64,000 nucleotides of DNA, from the NCBI GenBank assembly GCA_951406725.2, contig OX597828.1:54622001-54686000 (forward strand). The letters run 5' to 3'. The stretch comes from Octopus vulgaris. Taxonomy: Eukaryota. Position numbers and translations under genes: made by a program. Shown here one piece after another: positions 1 to 12,991 of the stretch (position 1 is its first letter; the number at the start of each line of letters is the position of its first letter). The notes under the pieces were generated by a model. That model was not told where the DNA came from and did no database searches. It worked only from the letters and a program-made list of their open reading frames with translations.

Positions 1-1121
1 TCACCAGCTTATTTGGTTTTGATGTATATGTGTATGTGTATGGTTCTGTGTGTGTGTGTGTGTGCTTATGGTTGTGTGTGCCTGTGTGTATGGTTATGTG
101 CAAGTATGGTTATCTGTGTGTGTGTGTGTTTGTGTGTGTGGTTGGTAGAGGAACAAGGCTGTTATTTTGTACTTTCTCTCTGCTATGCCAGCCAGACACA
201 CAGTCTGAAATAAATATAAGAAACAAAGAAGATTAAAAGAAAAACAAGGGGGGAAAAAAATAACAAAAACCCAATATAAAAGTGAAAAATAAAATAAAAT
301 AAAATACGAAAGTAAAAAGAGCAACATGTTATAAAAGCAAAAAAAACCCAACAAAACAAAACAAAATTAAAATACAAGGAAACTAAACTTGTTAGAAATA
401 GGAATTAGGAATTGTGTGTTTGACCTCTGGGGTCAATAAAAAAACAGAATAAAAAGGAAATGAATAAAAACAACAAATTCATCACCCACATTTACATATT
501 CACATTTAAATACATACTCACATACATACATGTATAAATACACATACATACATTCATACATACATATACACATACAACTAAAAGCAATACCTCAAACCAG
601 CATTTACATATATACACATGTGTACATATACATATATATACATACATCCATTCACACACACAAATACACACACACACACACACACACAAGAATACAAATC
701 TACCTCCATATACATTTACATACACATAAATACAGCCTTAAAAAAAAAGAGGGTACAGTTGGGTAAGGGATCACCTTGCCTTAAAGCCCTGGGTAAAATG
801 GTTATCAGAGCAGAAGGGGTTAGAGAAACAGTAGGGTGGGGGAGAGGAGAAGGAGGAGGAGGAAGGGGAGAAGGAGGAAAGGGAGGAGGAGGGTAGCCTC
901 AGCGATTCATTTTCATACATGTCTGACTCCCTTCTTTTAAAAGCAAAAGTGGTGGTGATGGTCGTGGTGATAATGGTGTTGGGGGTGATGAAATGAAGAG
1001 CTGAAGTGTGATTTTTATCTAACTGGTGTTGGATGTTTTCAAAACCCTGATGAAGCAGGACCTCATTAAAAGCATACCAACCATGACAATCTCTCTTTAA
1101 GGCTATCTATCTCTATTACAG

Positions 1122-1423
1122 TGGAGGCACATGGCCAAGTGGTTAGAGCAGCGAACTCGTGGTCAAGGGATTGTGGGTTCAAATCTAAGACCGGGCGACG
1201 TGTGTGTTTATGAGTGAAACACCTAAGCTCCACGCGGCTCCGGCAGAAGGTAATGGTGAACTTCTACTGACTCTTTTGCCACAACTTTCTCTCACTCTTT
1301 CCTCCTGCATCTTGCAGCTCACCTGCGACAGACCGGCTTCCCATCCAGGTGGGGAAACCTATACACCAAGGAAACCGGCAAACCGGCCTTAATGAGCCAG
1401 GTGTGGCTCGAGAAGGAACAAAC
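1122..1423 (+). mobile_element. tRNA-derived SINE, family C (V-domain-like body)
   Basis: A-box-like TGGCCAAGTGG and B-box-like GGTTCAAATC head; homologous to minus copies at 25071-25371 and 32851-33151. Confidence 0.75.
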
Positions 1424-1932
1424 ATCTCCATTACAACATTGCTTTGTGTATCCTTTCCTTCTTTAAAATTACCAGATGAGATTTAAAGGAGACTTAGCTG
1501 CTATTTCTAACCGATGAATGACCACGAAATAAGTTTCTTAGTTGTTTCTTAGTGGCCCCTGCAAGCCAATAATCAAAAGTGTTCCAGCTGTGGCCATCCT
1601 GTCTATTGCATATTACAGGAAAAACAGAACCTCATTATCCAATGTATGTGTTTTTACTCTTAAACTGTAAAGGGTGATTTGAGGGAAAATCGGCAGCTTC
1701 TTTTGGCAAGTTGAATGACCATGTGGATATTCTTTATTTGACTTTAGAGATTGTTGGCCTCAGTAATAATTAATTGTTGGGACACTGTATTTCATTATGC
1801 AACCATAATATACTACAAAGTGTATTAAATAAATGTTTTATAAGTCAATACTATGTCCTACTGTGTTAGCAGTGCTGTTAAATCACATGTTAAGGTTATC
1901 TCTACAGACTTTCAATTAGAAAGAACAGATGT

Positions 1933-2160
1933 AGGCATAGGAGTGGCTGTGTGGTAAGTAGCTTGCTTACCAACCACATGGTTCTGGGTTCAGTCCCACT
2001 GCATGGCACCTTGGGCAAGTGTCTTCTACTATAGCCTTGGGCTGACCAAAGCCTTGTGAGTGGATTTAGTAGATGGAAACTGAAAGAAGCCCATCGTATA
2101 TATGTAATTGACTTACCCAGCTCCCCCGAAGTTGCTGGCTTTGTGCCAAAATTTGAAACC
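1933..2160 (+). mobile_element. SINE family A 5' half joined to a family-B-type 3' tail
   Basis: GGAGTGGCTGTGTGGTAAG...GGTTCAGTCCC head as in 21090-21575; then GCTGGCTTTGTGCCAAAATTTGAAACC tail seen in family B copies. Confidence 0.7.
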
Positions 2161-2557
2161 TGGGATTACTGAGTTTTAGGAAGTTGATGTAAGTGTATAA
2201 TTAAGTTGATGTAAGTGTACAATTAAGTATTATTAGAACTACACTTTGATTGACAGACATCACTGAAGCCATAGATTCTAAATCTTGATAAAATAATCAA
2301 TATTAGTGCAAATGTAAGTATTGTTGCAAGTAAGTAACATTACAAGTAAGTGTTGTTGAAAGTACACTTACATGAACAGACAACATTGTTGCTATGGACT
2401 CTAAATTGTTGTTGTAATCATGTATCCTTGCATTTATTATCATGTGGGGATGTAAAAAATGTATACTTAAGTGTTGTGTGAAGCATATTTATGGTAATAG
2501 ACAACACTGTGGCTGGATAGGGCCACTACAAACCATCTTCAACATTATCATCACCAT

Positions 2558-2699
2558 TTGGCGTTAGGAAGGACATCCAGCCGTAGAAACTCTGCCAAAT
2601 CAAGATTGGAGCCTGGTGCAGCCATCTGATTCACCAGCCCTCAGTCAAAATCTTCCAACCCATGCCAGCATGGAAAGCGGACGTTAAACGATGATGATG
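2558..2699 (+). mobile_element. RTE-tail repeat (family D) 3' fragment
   Basis: GGCGTTAGGAAGG...CCATGCCAGCATGGAAAGCGGACGTTAAACGATGATG; same 3' end as the LINE fragment at 11588-12135. Confidence 0.7.
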
Positions 2700-3611
2700 G
2701 TGATTGTCATTGTACCACTACAACCATCACTCATCATCATTATTGCTATGACCATCTCCACCACCATCGTCAGCATCATTTTACATCTGCTTTCTATGCT
2801 GGCATGGGTTGGATGAGTCATCATGGTTTGAGCTACCTCCCTATGGTAACTTATTTGTATGTGTTATCTGGCTTCATTTCTATAGCTGGACCCTCTTCCT
2901 AATGCCAGCCAGTTTGCAGAGTGTATTGGGTGCATTTTCTCAAGACACCAACAGCTTGAATAGTCTTTGGTGAAGCAGAACTAGAGATTCCTAACCATCA
3001 GCGTTGTTATCATCATCACCGCTGCCGTTGCCTTTGTCATCATTGTCATTGTTTATCAATTTCCTGGCTACAAATGGCTTGGCTGAGTTCTAAAGTTAAA
3101 ATGTCTTTGCAAATTGGATTGATTTTATCATAAAGTAGTTGGTGAAAGATCTAAGTGTGGGGTATTGATAGGGGCTGTGTGTTAGAGGGAGGCAAACAAA
3201 TGTCAAAAGTTCTCCAATGTCACTGCTTTGTGTGTGTGTGTGTGTGTTTGTAGATATTCTCCTCTTTCTCATCATCATCATTTAACATTTTTTTTTTTTT
3301 TTGTTAAACTGGCATCGCTTGGACAGTTAGACAGGAGCAAAGAACACAGTAGCCACAGTAATTTATTTTGGAATACAGGAATTTTTTTTACACTCCTTTC
3401 TCATCATAAAAACACACACACACACAAATGTTACATACGCACACACACACACACACACAAATGCACACGCAGATGCATTGCGAGTGGCTACAAAGTCTTT
3501 GTACAATTCAAAACTTGTATCAATTAAAATTGCATAAGCTTTATAATGACTAAGAAAGTAGTAATTTTATATGTATATATATGTCTGTGTGTATATATAT
3601 ATATATATATC

Positions 3612-3755
3612 GGGCATGGCTGTGTGGTTAGGGAGCTTGCTTCCTAGCTACATGGTTTCGGATTCAGTCCCACTGCGTGGCACTTTGGGTAGGTGTCTTC
3701 CACTATAGCCCCGAGCCGACCGGAGCTTTGTGATTGAATTCGGTAGGTGGAAGTT
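3612..3755 (+). mobile_element. SINE family A, diverged 5' half
   Basis: Homology to other family A heads in the window. Confidence 0.65.
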
Positions 3756-3811
3756 ACTGCCGTGTGTGTATGTGTGCGTATAGCTGCTCAGTGCCTCTCC
3801 GAAAGAGAGAG

Positions 3812-3854
<43 letters not shown>

Positions 3855-3856
3855 TG

Positions 3857-4237
3857 TGGAGGCGCAATGGCCTGGTGGTTAGGGCAGTGGACTCGTGGTC
3901 GTAGGATCGCGGTTTCAATTCGCAGACCAGGCATTGCGAGTGTTTATTGAGCGAAAACACCTAAAGCTCCTCAAGGCTCCGGCAGGTGGTGATAGCGAAT
4001 CCTGCTGTACTCTTTCACCACAACTTTCTCTCACTCTTACTTCCTGTTTCTGTTGTACCCGTATTTCAAAAGGCCAGCCTTGGCACACTCTGTGTCACAC
4101 TGAATCTCCCCGAGAACTACGTTAAGGGTACATGTGTCTGTGGAGTGCTCAGCCACTTGCACATTAATTTCACGAGCAAGCTGTTCCGTTGATTGGATCA
4201 ACTGGAACCCTCATTGTCATAACTGATGGAGTGCCAC
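3857..4237 (+). mobile_element. tRNA-derived SINE, family C head with alternative 3' tail
   Basis: Head shared with 25071-25371; tail CTTGCACATTAATTTCACGAGCAAGCTGTTCCGTTGAT shared with 22342-22650. Confidence 0.75.
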
Positions 4238-4256
4238 GATATATATGCTTGTGTGG

Positions 4257-4303
<47 letters not shown>

Positions 4304-4396
4304 CATCGTCACTATCATCATCATCATTTAACATCCGTGTTCCATGCGAGCATGGGTGGGAAGATATATATAATGCCTGTGTGCATGATTATGTGT

Positions 4397-4434
<38 letters not shown>

Positions 4435-4995
4435 GTGAGTGTTTATATATGTGTGTCTGTGTATCTGTTTATGTTGAGAAAGGAGTGTAAAGAAATCCCC
4501 AAAATTCAAGGAAAATTACTGTGGCCACTGTGGAGGTGGGGAGGATGTGGAATAGAGAATGTGTGGATGGATGGGTAAGTGGTGGTGCCATAATTTGAAA
4601 GAACAGAGGGAAGAGGCTGGGGTGGGGGTGAAAGAAAACAAAACTCCATTGGTGATGATAGTGGTGAAAAGGGGACGGAAGGGAGCAGGTTTCAATCACA
4701 GAAGGTAATTGTTGAGTTGTGTTTTAACATCATCCAATGTAGAATGGAGGAGAAATAAAAATAAATATTGAAAAGCAAAAAAAAAAAAAAAACTTAAAAA
4801 AAATAATATAGGATGTTTTGGTTTGTTTTCATAGAATATTGTTGGAGCTTTTGAAGATATCTCTGTGGAGGTTGATGGTCTGACTGCCTTGGCTGTTTGA
4901 TGCATGTATGTGTGTGTGTGTGAGAGTATAAGACTTTGTGTATATATGTATATGTAGGTAGGTCTGTGTATGTATGTATATATGTATCTGTGTGC

Positions 4996-5260
4996 AGATG
5001 GATGGATGGATAGATAGAGATAGGTAGACAGATAGATAGGTAGATGGATAGATAGATAGATAGATAGACAGATAGATAGGTAGATAGAGATAGATAGATA
5101 GATAGATAGATAGAGATAGATAGATAGATAGATAGATAGAGATAGGTAGATAGATAGATAGATAGATAGAGATAGGTAGATAGATAGATAGATAAATAGT
5201 TAGAGAGAGGTAGACAGATAGATAGATATAAGATAGACGGAGGGACAGATAGATATAGAT
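4996..5260. repeat. (TAGA)n microsatellite
   Basis: Direct reading. Confidence 0.95.
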
Positions 5261-5267
5261 GTCACAT

Positions 5268-5485
5268 AACTGGCACCTGAGCCAGTGACACATAAAAACA
5301 CCTGTCCTGGTAGCACATAAAAAGCGCCCATTACACTCTTGGAATGGTTCGCATTAAAGAAAGGCATCCAGCCCTAAAAACCATACCAAATCGGACTGGA
5401 ACCTGGTGCAGCCCTTTGGTTTACCAGTTCCAGTCAAACCATCTGACCCATGCCAGCTTGGAAAGCTGACCCTAAATGATGATGA

Positions 5486-5523
<38 letters not shown>

Positions 5524-5900
5524 CATGACCTTCTGTGCTTGAGGAGACCTATTGAGTCAAGTACATCAACATCAAAATAAATATCAAATGGAAATTGTAG
5601 TTGTGCCACCATTCGAACGTGGCCGTTGCCAGTGCTGCCTTGACTGGCTTTTGTATCAGTGGCACATAAAAAGCACCAACCAATCGTGGCCGCTGCCAGC
5701 CTCCCCTGGCACCTGTGCCAGTGGCACGTAAAAAGCACCCACTACACTCACAGAGTAGTTGGCATTAGGAAGGGCATCCAGCTGTAGAAACTCTGCCAGA
5801 TCAGACTGGAGCCTGGTGCAGCACCCTGGCTTCACAGACCCGGTCGAACCGTCCAACCTGTGCTAGCACGGAAAATGGATGTTAAACGATGATGATGATG
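5268..5900 (+). mobile_element. Two tandem family D (RTE-tail) copies, 5268-5487 and 5519-5900
   Basis: Both carry GGCACATAAAAAGC modules and a (G/A)GGCATCCAGC motif and end in (GAT)n. Confidence 0.7.
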
Positions 5901-6677
5901 ATATAGATAGATAGATAGATAGATAGACAGAATCATTGTACCACTTTCCATCAGCTGTCACTGTCCAAAACAGTTCTTATTGGAATTGCTGTTTCTTATA
6001 TATATTTTGATATTCGTATGGTTTCTCTGGCTGGATACCTTTTGCATCACTAACTATTTTACAGTGTACAAGATATATTTTATTATAGCACTAGCATTAG
6101 TGAAATTATCATATTCTCAGCAACATTACATGAAATTCACCATGTCTAGTTCCCCATAGCAACTGACTAATTCTCTTGTAGACATAAAAATAACACATTT
6201 AAAATACTTTTAATTATTGGATTTGGGAAATAATGGAATGGCAGATATTTTGGGATGTAATAAGTCATGTAGTCACTTAGTAACAGGCAGATACATGGTT
6301 CAAATCACATTAATGAATGTGATTCCTTCTTTTCTATCAACTGGTGTTTGTACTTTCTGATATGACTTAATATTGAAAATTTAATTAATTCATTAAATCT
6401 AATTATTATTAGACATCAATCAAAGTTATATATTTATGACCAGCTCCACTTCAGAGTGTGTGTGTGTGTGTGTGTGTGAGTGTGTATGTAATGTAATAAT
6501 TTTACTGATAGTGACTCTGAAATTCTGCCAAGAGTTGGCTTCGACATTCAAAGGAGGCCAACAACTGTCAAAACTTTGAAGTCCCTGTCGATAAAGTTAT
6601 TAAAAATATCTCATTTTACACATGGAATGAGATTGTGTATACATATATCTGTATGAGTGGATATGTGTGTGTGTATA

Positions 6678-6725
<48 letters not shown>

Positions 6726-6728
6726 CAT

Positions 6729-6893
6729 AGGTGCAGGCATAGCTGTGTGGTAATAAGCTTACTTCCCAACCACATGGTTTCAGGTTCAGTCCTATGGTGT
6801 GGCACCATGGGTAAGTGTATTCTACTGTAGCCTCAGGCCAACCAAAACCTTGTTAGTTCATTTTGATAGATGGAAACTGAAAGAAGCCCATCA
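6729..6893 (+). mobile_element. SINE family A 5' half
   Basis: Homology to family A; inverted partner at 7187-7341. Confidence 0.75.
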
Positions 6894-7091
6894 TATATAT
6901 ATATATATATGTGTGTGTGTATATATATATATATGTGTGTGTGTGTATATGCATGTGTGTGTGTATATATATATATATGTGTGTGTGTGTATATGCATAT
7001 GTGTGTATATATGCATATGTGTGTGTATATATATATATGTGTGTGTATATATACATGTGTGTATATATACATATGTGTGTGTATATATGCA

Positions 7092-7125
<34 letters not shown>

Positions 7126-7186
7126 CATTATATATATGTATGTGTGTGTGCCTATATATATATATATATATATATAATGTACACAA

Positions 7187-7341
7187 TGGGCTTCTTTCAG
7201 TTTCCCTCTACGAAATCCACTCATAAGTCTTTGGTCAGGTCAAGGCTATAGAAGAAGACACTTGCTTAATGTGTCACACAGTGGGACTGAACCCAGAACC
7301 ATGTGGTTGGAAGCCAGCTTCTTACCACACACCTCCACCTG
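7187..7341 (-). mobile_element. SINE family A 5' half
   Basis: Reverse complement matches the family A head. Confidence 0.75.
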
Positions 7342-7680
7342 CATATATGAATTTATTGGTTCAAGCCATTAGGCTGTGATCATGCTGCATGGCGGGACAC
7401 GTTTATGCAATTTGTGTTTATGGATTTAACTAAAGCTACACATTTGCTTGGTAGTTACTTGCACGTTTGTGTCAGCAGTCTGGTGTACATGTATGTATGT
7501 GCACGTGTGTGTGGCTCGATGTTTATAGCTATGTAACTTATGACATTGAATCAATAACTTCGTTGCTGACATCCACCCTGAGATCCATAAAATACTAGTG
7601 TTACGTCATGGTACGGCTTTAATGACTCTGAAGCCACAACATAGTCACATACATCTTTCTCTGTCTGTGTGGGTGTATAT

Positions 7681-7985
7681 CATCATCATCATCATCGTTT
7701 AACGTCCGTTTTCCATGCTAGCATGGGCTGGACGGTTCAACTGGGGTCTGTGAAGCCAGAAGGCTACACCAGGCTCCAGTTTGATCTGGCAGGGTTTCTA
7801 CAGCTGGATGCCCTTCCTAACGCCAACCACTCCGTGAGTGTAGTGGGTGCTTTTTACGTGCCAGACGAGGCTGGCAACGGCCACGATCGGTTGGTGCTTT
7901 TTACGTGCTACCGGCACGGAAGCCAGTCAAGGTGGCGCTGGCATCGACCACGTACAGATGGTGCATTTTACATGCCACCGGCATT
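7681..7985 (-). mobile_element. Family D (RTE-tail) repeat
   Basis: Reverse complement closely matches 5640-5900. Confidence 0.75.
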
Positions 7986-8029
7986 GATAGATATAAATAT
8001 GTGTATGTGTGTGTATATATATATATATA

Positions 8030-8223
8030 CAGGGTGAGCCAAAAGTCATGCACCATAACATTTGACATTTTATGTTGTTAATTATTATTCATTCATCATT
8101 TACAAGTATGCATGTATTCATCGTTATTTTACTTATTTCATTCAATTTTAGAAAATTTGAAGCATGTCTGAGAATTCCAGAGCATATTGAACATATTTTG
8201 TGTGGGAGTTTTGGTTCACCTTA
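8030..8223. mobile_element. Tc1/mariner-type MITE remnant
   Basis: Imperfect TIRs CAGGGTGAGCCAAAAGTC / GAGTTTTGGTTCACCTTA, left end abutting (TA)n. Confidence 0.45.
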
Positions 8224-8257
8224 CACACACACACATATATATATATATATATTATAT

Positions 8258-8680
8258 TAAATTAGAGACAAAACCACTATTATGAAAATCAAACAAAGAA
8301 AGACTTAATCCAATACATAAATTAATTTATATTATTTAGAAATTTAACAATTATTAACATCCACTACGATCGTTTCATGTCTTCTTTTCATCACATCTTT
8401 GAGTAGTAGACATTCTTCAGGTGGTTTCAAATCTAAAATATAATCAATATTTTTAAGATATAAATAATCTATATAATCTAAAATAATAATTTACTTATAA
8501 TAAACTCTATTATTATATATGATTATACCGAAATCGACTATAATGTTAAATATTAACTTTAATTTATATATATATATATATATATCATAATAATAATAAT
8601 AATAATAATATGAGGGAATATTATTCCAGACTTACAGGGAAAAATTCACTAAATCAAATTTCACAAAATATAACATATAT
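8258..8680 (-). mobile_element. Penelope-like element terminal fragments (family P1)
   Basis: Homologous to 31080-31325 (AATAGTGGTTTTGTCTCTAAT, TTTTCCCTGTAA); carries a hammerhead; flanked by (TA)n. Confidence 0.65.
8361..8424 (-). ncRNA. Minimal type I hammerhead ribozyme
   Basis: Minus strand: CCAC-CUGAAGA-AUGUCU..AGACAU-GAAA-CGAUCG-UA-GUGG; intact core, stems I-III, GUA cleavage triplet. Confidence 0.85.
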
Positions 8681-8841
8681 ATATATATAAATTAGAAAAA
8701 CACCCCACCTTTTATTGATTCATTAATGAAAAATTAAATTATACCATCTAGAAAATTACATATTATAGAAAGATTAAATATAAGATAAAACATATAATGA
8801 TGATTAAATAATGTGCAATATATATATATATATATATATAT

Positions 8842-9125
8842 CATCATCATTTAACATCCATCTTCCATGCATGCATGGGTAGGACGGTTGACATGAGCTG
8901 GCCTGGTAGAAAAACTACCTACTGTGTCTGTTTTGGCAGGGGCTTTATGGCTGGATGCCCTTCCTAACACCAATCACTCCGTAGAATGGACTCAGTGCTT
9001 TTTACGTGGCACTAGCACAAGCAAAGTTAGTTTTGGCATAATTTTCACAGCTGGCTGCCCTTCGAAATGCCAACCATGTTACAGTGTGGACTGGATGCTT
9101 TTAACATGGCATCTGCACTGGCAGA
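8842..9125 (-). mobile_element. Family D (RTE-tail) repeat, diverged
   Basis: CATCATCATTTAACATCC...CTGGATGCCCTTCCTAAC motif. Confidence 0.65.
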
Positions 9126-9367
9126 GTAACCAAGTAACTCACAAGACAAGGAATTATGAGAGGGGCAGGGCCATTTGAGGAGGGGAACTTGTGCCAGAGG
9201 AGGAAAGGTTAGAGTGTGACAAAAAGACAGAGAGACAGAGGCAGGTGTCTTGCTACAACAGAGCAGATATTAGAGGAAGTGATCCAGTATCAAATGATGA
9301 AAGATTAGAGAAATAGAGAGGCAGAAAGAGGAGGTACATGGTTACCCAGTGAGTGAGTGTGTGTGTA

Positions 9368-9398
<31 letters not shown>

Positions 9399-9979
9399 AA
9401 GAGAGAGAAAGAGGAGATAGAGAGTGAGAGAGAGGTAAAAGAAAGAGACCAGAAAAAGTGTGCTGATGTAAAGGTGATACTTGGTTACCTGGTCAGAGGA
9501 AAAGCAAGAGAAGAGAGAGAGTGACCAAAGGAAGAGAGAGAGAGAGTGACCAAAGGAAAAGAGAGAGAGAGAGAGAGAGAAAGAGTAGGAAACAGCAAAA
9601 GTATAAGAGAGAGCGGAAGGAAGATAGAGTAGTGCTGTGGTATACTCACTAGTAACAAGAACATGAGTGTAGAACCTGGTTAGAAGTACAGGGTATGGGT
9701 GTGAGTGTTGGGGTGTGGAGGGCAGAGATACAGTGAGCGCGGCAGTGAGGTCAAGAAAAGGGATTGAAAGACAATCGTAATTTATGAAGAGGAAATGTAA
9801 GGAAGAGAATGATGCTGTTAGAAGAGTAATTGTAGAGTGGGTGAAAAATGTGTTGTTACATGTGGGTGGGGCACAACTCCTCTAGCACCCAGTTTTGTGG
9901 ACGGGTCTTTTCTAGCACTTCAGATCACCAAACATCTCAGACCACTGTCGAGGTTGACATGTTTAGTATAGTCAGTGAA

Positions 9980-10211
9980 AGGCGTTGAGCTGGCAGAAAC
10001 GTTAGCGTGCCAGGTGAAATGCTTTGCAGTATTTCGTCTGTCGTTACGTTCTGAGTTCAAATTCCGCCGAGGTCGACTTTGTCTTTCATCATTTCGGGGT
10101 CAATAAATAAAGTACCAGTTATGCACTGGAGTTGACGTAATCGACTTAATGCCTTTGTCTGTCCTTGTTTGTCCCCTCTATGTTTAGCCCCTTGTGGGCA
10201 GTAAAGAAATA
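9980..10211 (+). mobile_element. SINE family B monomer
   Basis: TGGCAGAAACG A-box-like, GAGTTCAAATTCC B-box-like, central TTTCATC..TTCGGGGTC..TAAA..AGTACC (resembles the Meta/MESC domain, from memory). Confidence 0.8.
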
Positions 10212-11261
10212 TATAGTTAGTCAAAAGTGTTCAAAGCCATATTGGGAAGAGAAGAAAACCATTAGCCTTATTGATGAATCATGGTCAAAAAAGTGAAAGG
10301 AGATAACTTTCAGTGGAATCGTGTAATGGTGTGTGGGAGATATTTGGCATGTACAGAGATAACTCTGAACATGTTTCAGCTTTATTAATCCTCATCAATG
10401 AAATATAGTGTCATCAATGCTTGATGTGTCCTAGCCGACTAAGACAATGTCAGAATTTTGAGTCAGTGATCACTAACAGACATGACATATTTAAGGAACT
10501 GTTGAGCAGTGTGTGTGTTATATTCTGTACAGATACAACTAGCATAGATGAAAGCATCATAAATAAATGGTTACAGTTATTTATTATTTCAAACCTCTTT
10601 CCTATCCACTTCCTCCCATTTTTATTTTTTATTTTATGTTTCTGAGCCAAAATCCTAACAGCTTTCTTGTGTGGGAACATTCATTTAGCAGAGTCTAAGA
10701 AGTCTTTATGGGCTTTGAAAGATATTAAGATAAAAATAAAGTGATCTGGAGCGAAATAAACCTCAACTTGAACATATATAATCAATTAGGATGTTCCAGA
10801 CCTGCAGCAGATAGCAACACACACACACACACAAAATAATAATAATAATAATAATAATAACAATAATAATAAGACAGCCGCCATCATCATCATCATCATC
10901 ACTTACATTAACAATATTATTAGCAAAAACAACTATAAAAGCAAATCCAATTTTGTTTTTTTAGAAAATATTTGATTATTTTTTATTCTTTTAGTGTCCC
11001 TACATTATGATGGAATGAGATGTATGTGTGTGTGCATGTGTGTGTGTGTGTGTGCGTGTGTGCGTGTGTGTATGTGTGTGTGTGTGTGCGTGTGTTCATT
11101 TCTGCCTCGTCCTTTCCCTTAATGTTTTCTGCTTCAAACCTTCATTCATTCGCCTGTTTATCTTTCATTTTCTTCTCTTTCACTTCTTCCCTTTTACCAC
11201 CATTGTCTATCTTTCATTAGTTTTGCTGCCTTGTATATATATCGTTAGTTCTTTTCTTCCT

Positions 11262-11492
11262 TATTTCTTTACTACCCACAAGGCGCTAAACACAGAGAGG
11301 ACAAACAAGGACAGACAAAGGGATTAAGTCGATTACATCGACCCCAGTGCATAACTGGTACTTAATTCATCGACCCTGAAAGGATGAATGGCAAAGTTGA
11401 CCTTGGCAGAAATTGAACTCAAAACATAATGGCACACGAAATACTGATAAGCATTTTGCCTGGTGCGCTAACGTTTCTGCCAGCTCACCGCC
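11262..11492 (-). mobile_element. SINE family B monomer
   Basis: Reverse complement of the family B consensus seen at 46268. Confidence 0.8.
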
Positions 11493-11587
11493 TTTCTTCT
11501 TTTCTTCCTATCTATCTCTATCTATCTCTCATCATCATCACCATCATCATCACCATCATATACATATCATCATCATCATCACCATCA

Positions 11588-12135
11588 ATGTTTAGCATCC
11601 GCTTTCCATGCCAGCACGAGTGGGACAGTTTGATTGGAGCTGGCCAGCCAGGAAGCTGTCCAGATTCCAATTATCTGTTTTGGCATGGTTTCTACAGCTG
11701 GATGCCCTTCCTAATGCCAACCACTTTACAGAATGAGCAGGGTACATTTTATGTGCTACTGGCATCGGTGCATTTATGAAGCTGCAGCACAAGTGCATCT
11801 TATGTGGCACTGGCACCTGTAAAAGACAAACCTGTAAAAGACAAACCTGTAAAAGACGAACCTGTATGTATGGATGAGAGCAATTTTGCTTAGCTTGATA
11901 CATTTCAGGTACAGCAAATCATCTCAACTCCCAGTCCCTTCTCATTTCTTTAGTGAGGCCCAGCATCCAAAGATCCTTTCTCACCACTTCATCCCACATC
12001 TTCCTAGGTCTACTCCTTCCACAGGTTTCCTCCACAATTAGAGCTTGGTACTTCTTTGTGCAGTTGTCCTCATCCATACGCATCACAGAACCAATCTAGC
12101 ACAGTCTTCTCTCTTGCACACAACATCTGATGCCT
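11588..12135 (-). mobile_element. RTE-clade LINE 3' fragment (end of ORF plus 3' UTR)
   Basis: Minus strand translates to QERRL..VMRMDEDNCTKK..CGRSRPRKMWDEVVRKDL, typical RTE C-terminus; UTR ends in (GAT)n. Confidence 0.75.
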
Positions 12136-12327
12136 TTTTTTTTAGACAAGTATTGGAGTCGATTCATTCAACTAAAAATCCTTGAAAGTAGTGCCCCAGC
12201 ATGGCCGCATTCTAATGACTGAAACAAGTAAAATATAAAAGATACACACACATGCACACGTGTTTGCACAGACATGGCTACCTGGTTAAGTTTGCTTTTC
12301 CATTACATGGCTTTGAGTTCAGTGCCA

Positions 12328-12477
12328 TGTTCTGAGTTCAAATTCCGCCGAGGTCGACTTTGCTTTTCATCCTTCTGGGGTCGATAAATTAAATACCAGT
12401 GAAAGACTTGGGTCGATGCAATCGACTAGTCCCCTCCTGCAAAATTTCAGGTCTTGTGCCTAGAGTAGAAAGGATTG
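12328..12477 (+). mobile_element. SINE family B, 5'-truncated, alternative tail
   Basis: GTTCTGAGTTCAAATTCCGCCGAGGTCGACT core plus AAATTTCAGG...AGAAAGGATT tail. Confidence 0.7.
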
Positions 12478-12609
12478 TGAAGTGCCTTGAGCAAGCATCC
12501 CCTTGTTTGGCCCTGGGCCAACCAGAGCCTTGCGTATGGATTAAGTAAACGCAAACTAATAGATCCTCTTCATGTGTATGTGCATGTTTTAGATATATGT
12601 GAGTATGCT

Positions 12610-12649
<40 letters not shown>

Positions 12650-12768
12650 ATGGCTCCTTGTTTTGACTTCAAGTGACAGCATAGAGAGAGAGAAAGAGAG
12701 AGGGTGGGTGGGTTGTGGTAAAAAGTCCTTCAAACTTGTCAAGTTTATGGCAACCGAGCTGGTATTAA

Positions 12769-12991
12769 AGGCAGTGAGCTGGCAGAAACGTTAGCACGCC
12801 GGGCGAAATGCATAGTGGTATTTCGTCTGCCGCTACGTTCTGAGTTCAAATTCCGCCGAGGTCGACTTTGCCTTTCATCCTTTCGGGGTCGATAAATTAA
12901 GTACCAGTTTCGCACTGGAGTCGATGTAATCGACTTAATCATTTTATTTGTCTCCTCTATGTTTAGCCTCTTGTGGGCAGTAAAGAAATAT
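12769..12991 (+). mobile_element. SINE family B monomer
   Basis: Full head, core and AAAGAAATA end. Confidence 0.8.

Noticed and set aside
1047-1075. CTGATGA as a hammerhead (also near 29872 and on the minus strand near 32010)
   Set aside because: No correctly placed GAAA, stems or NUH triplet
1122-1200. tRNA gene calls for SINE heads
   Set aside because: A/B boxes run into multi-copy SINE bodies with no complete cloverleaf or terminator
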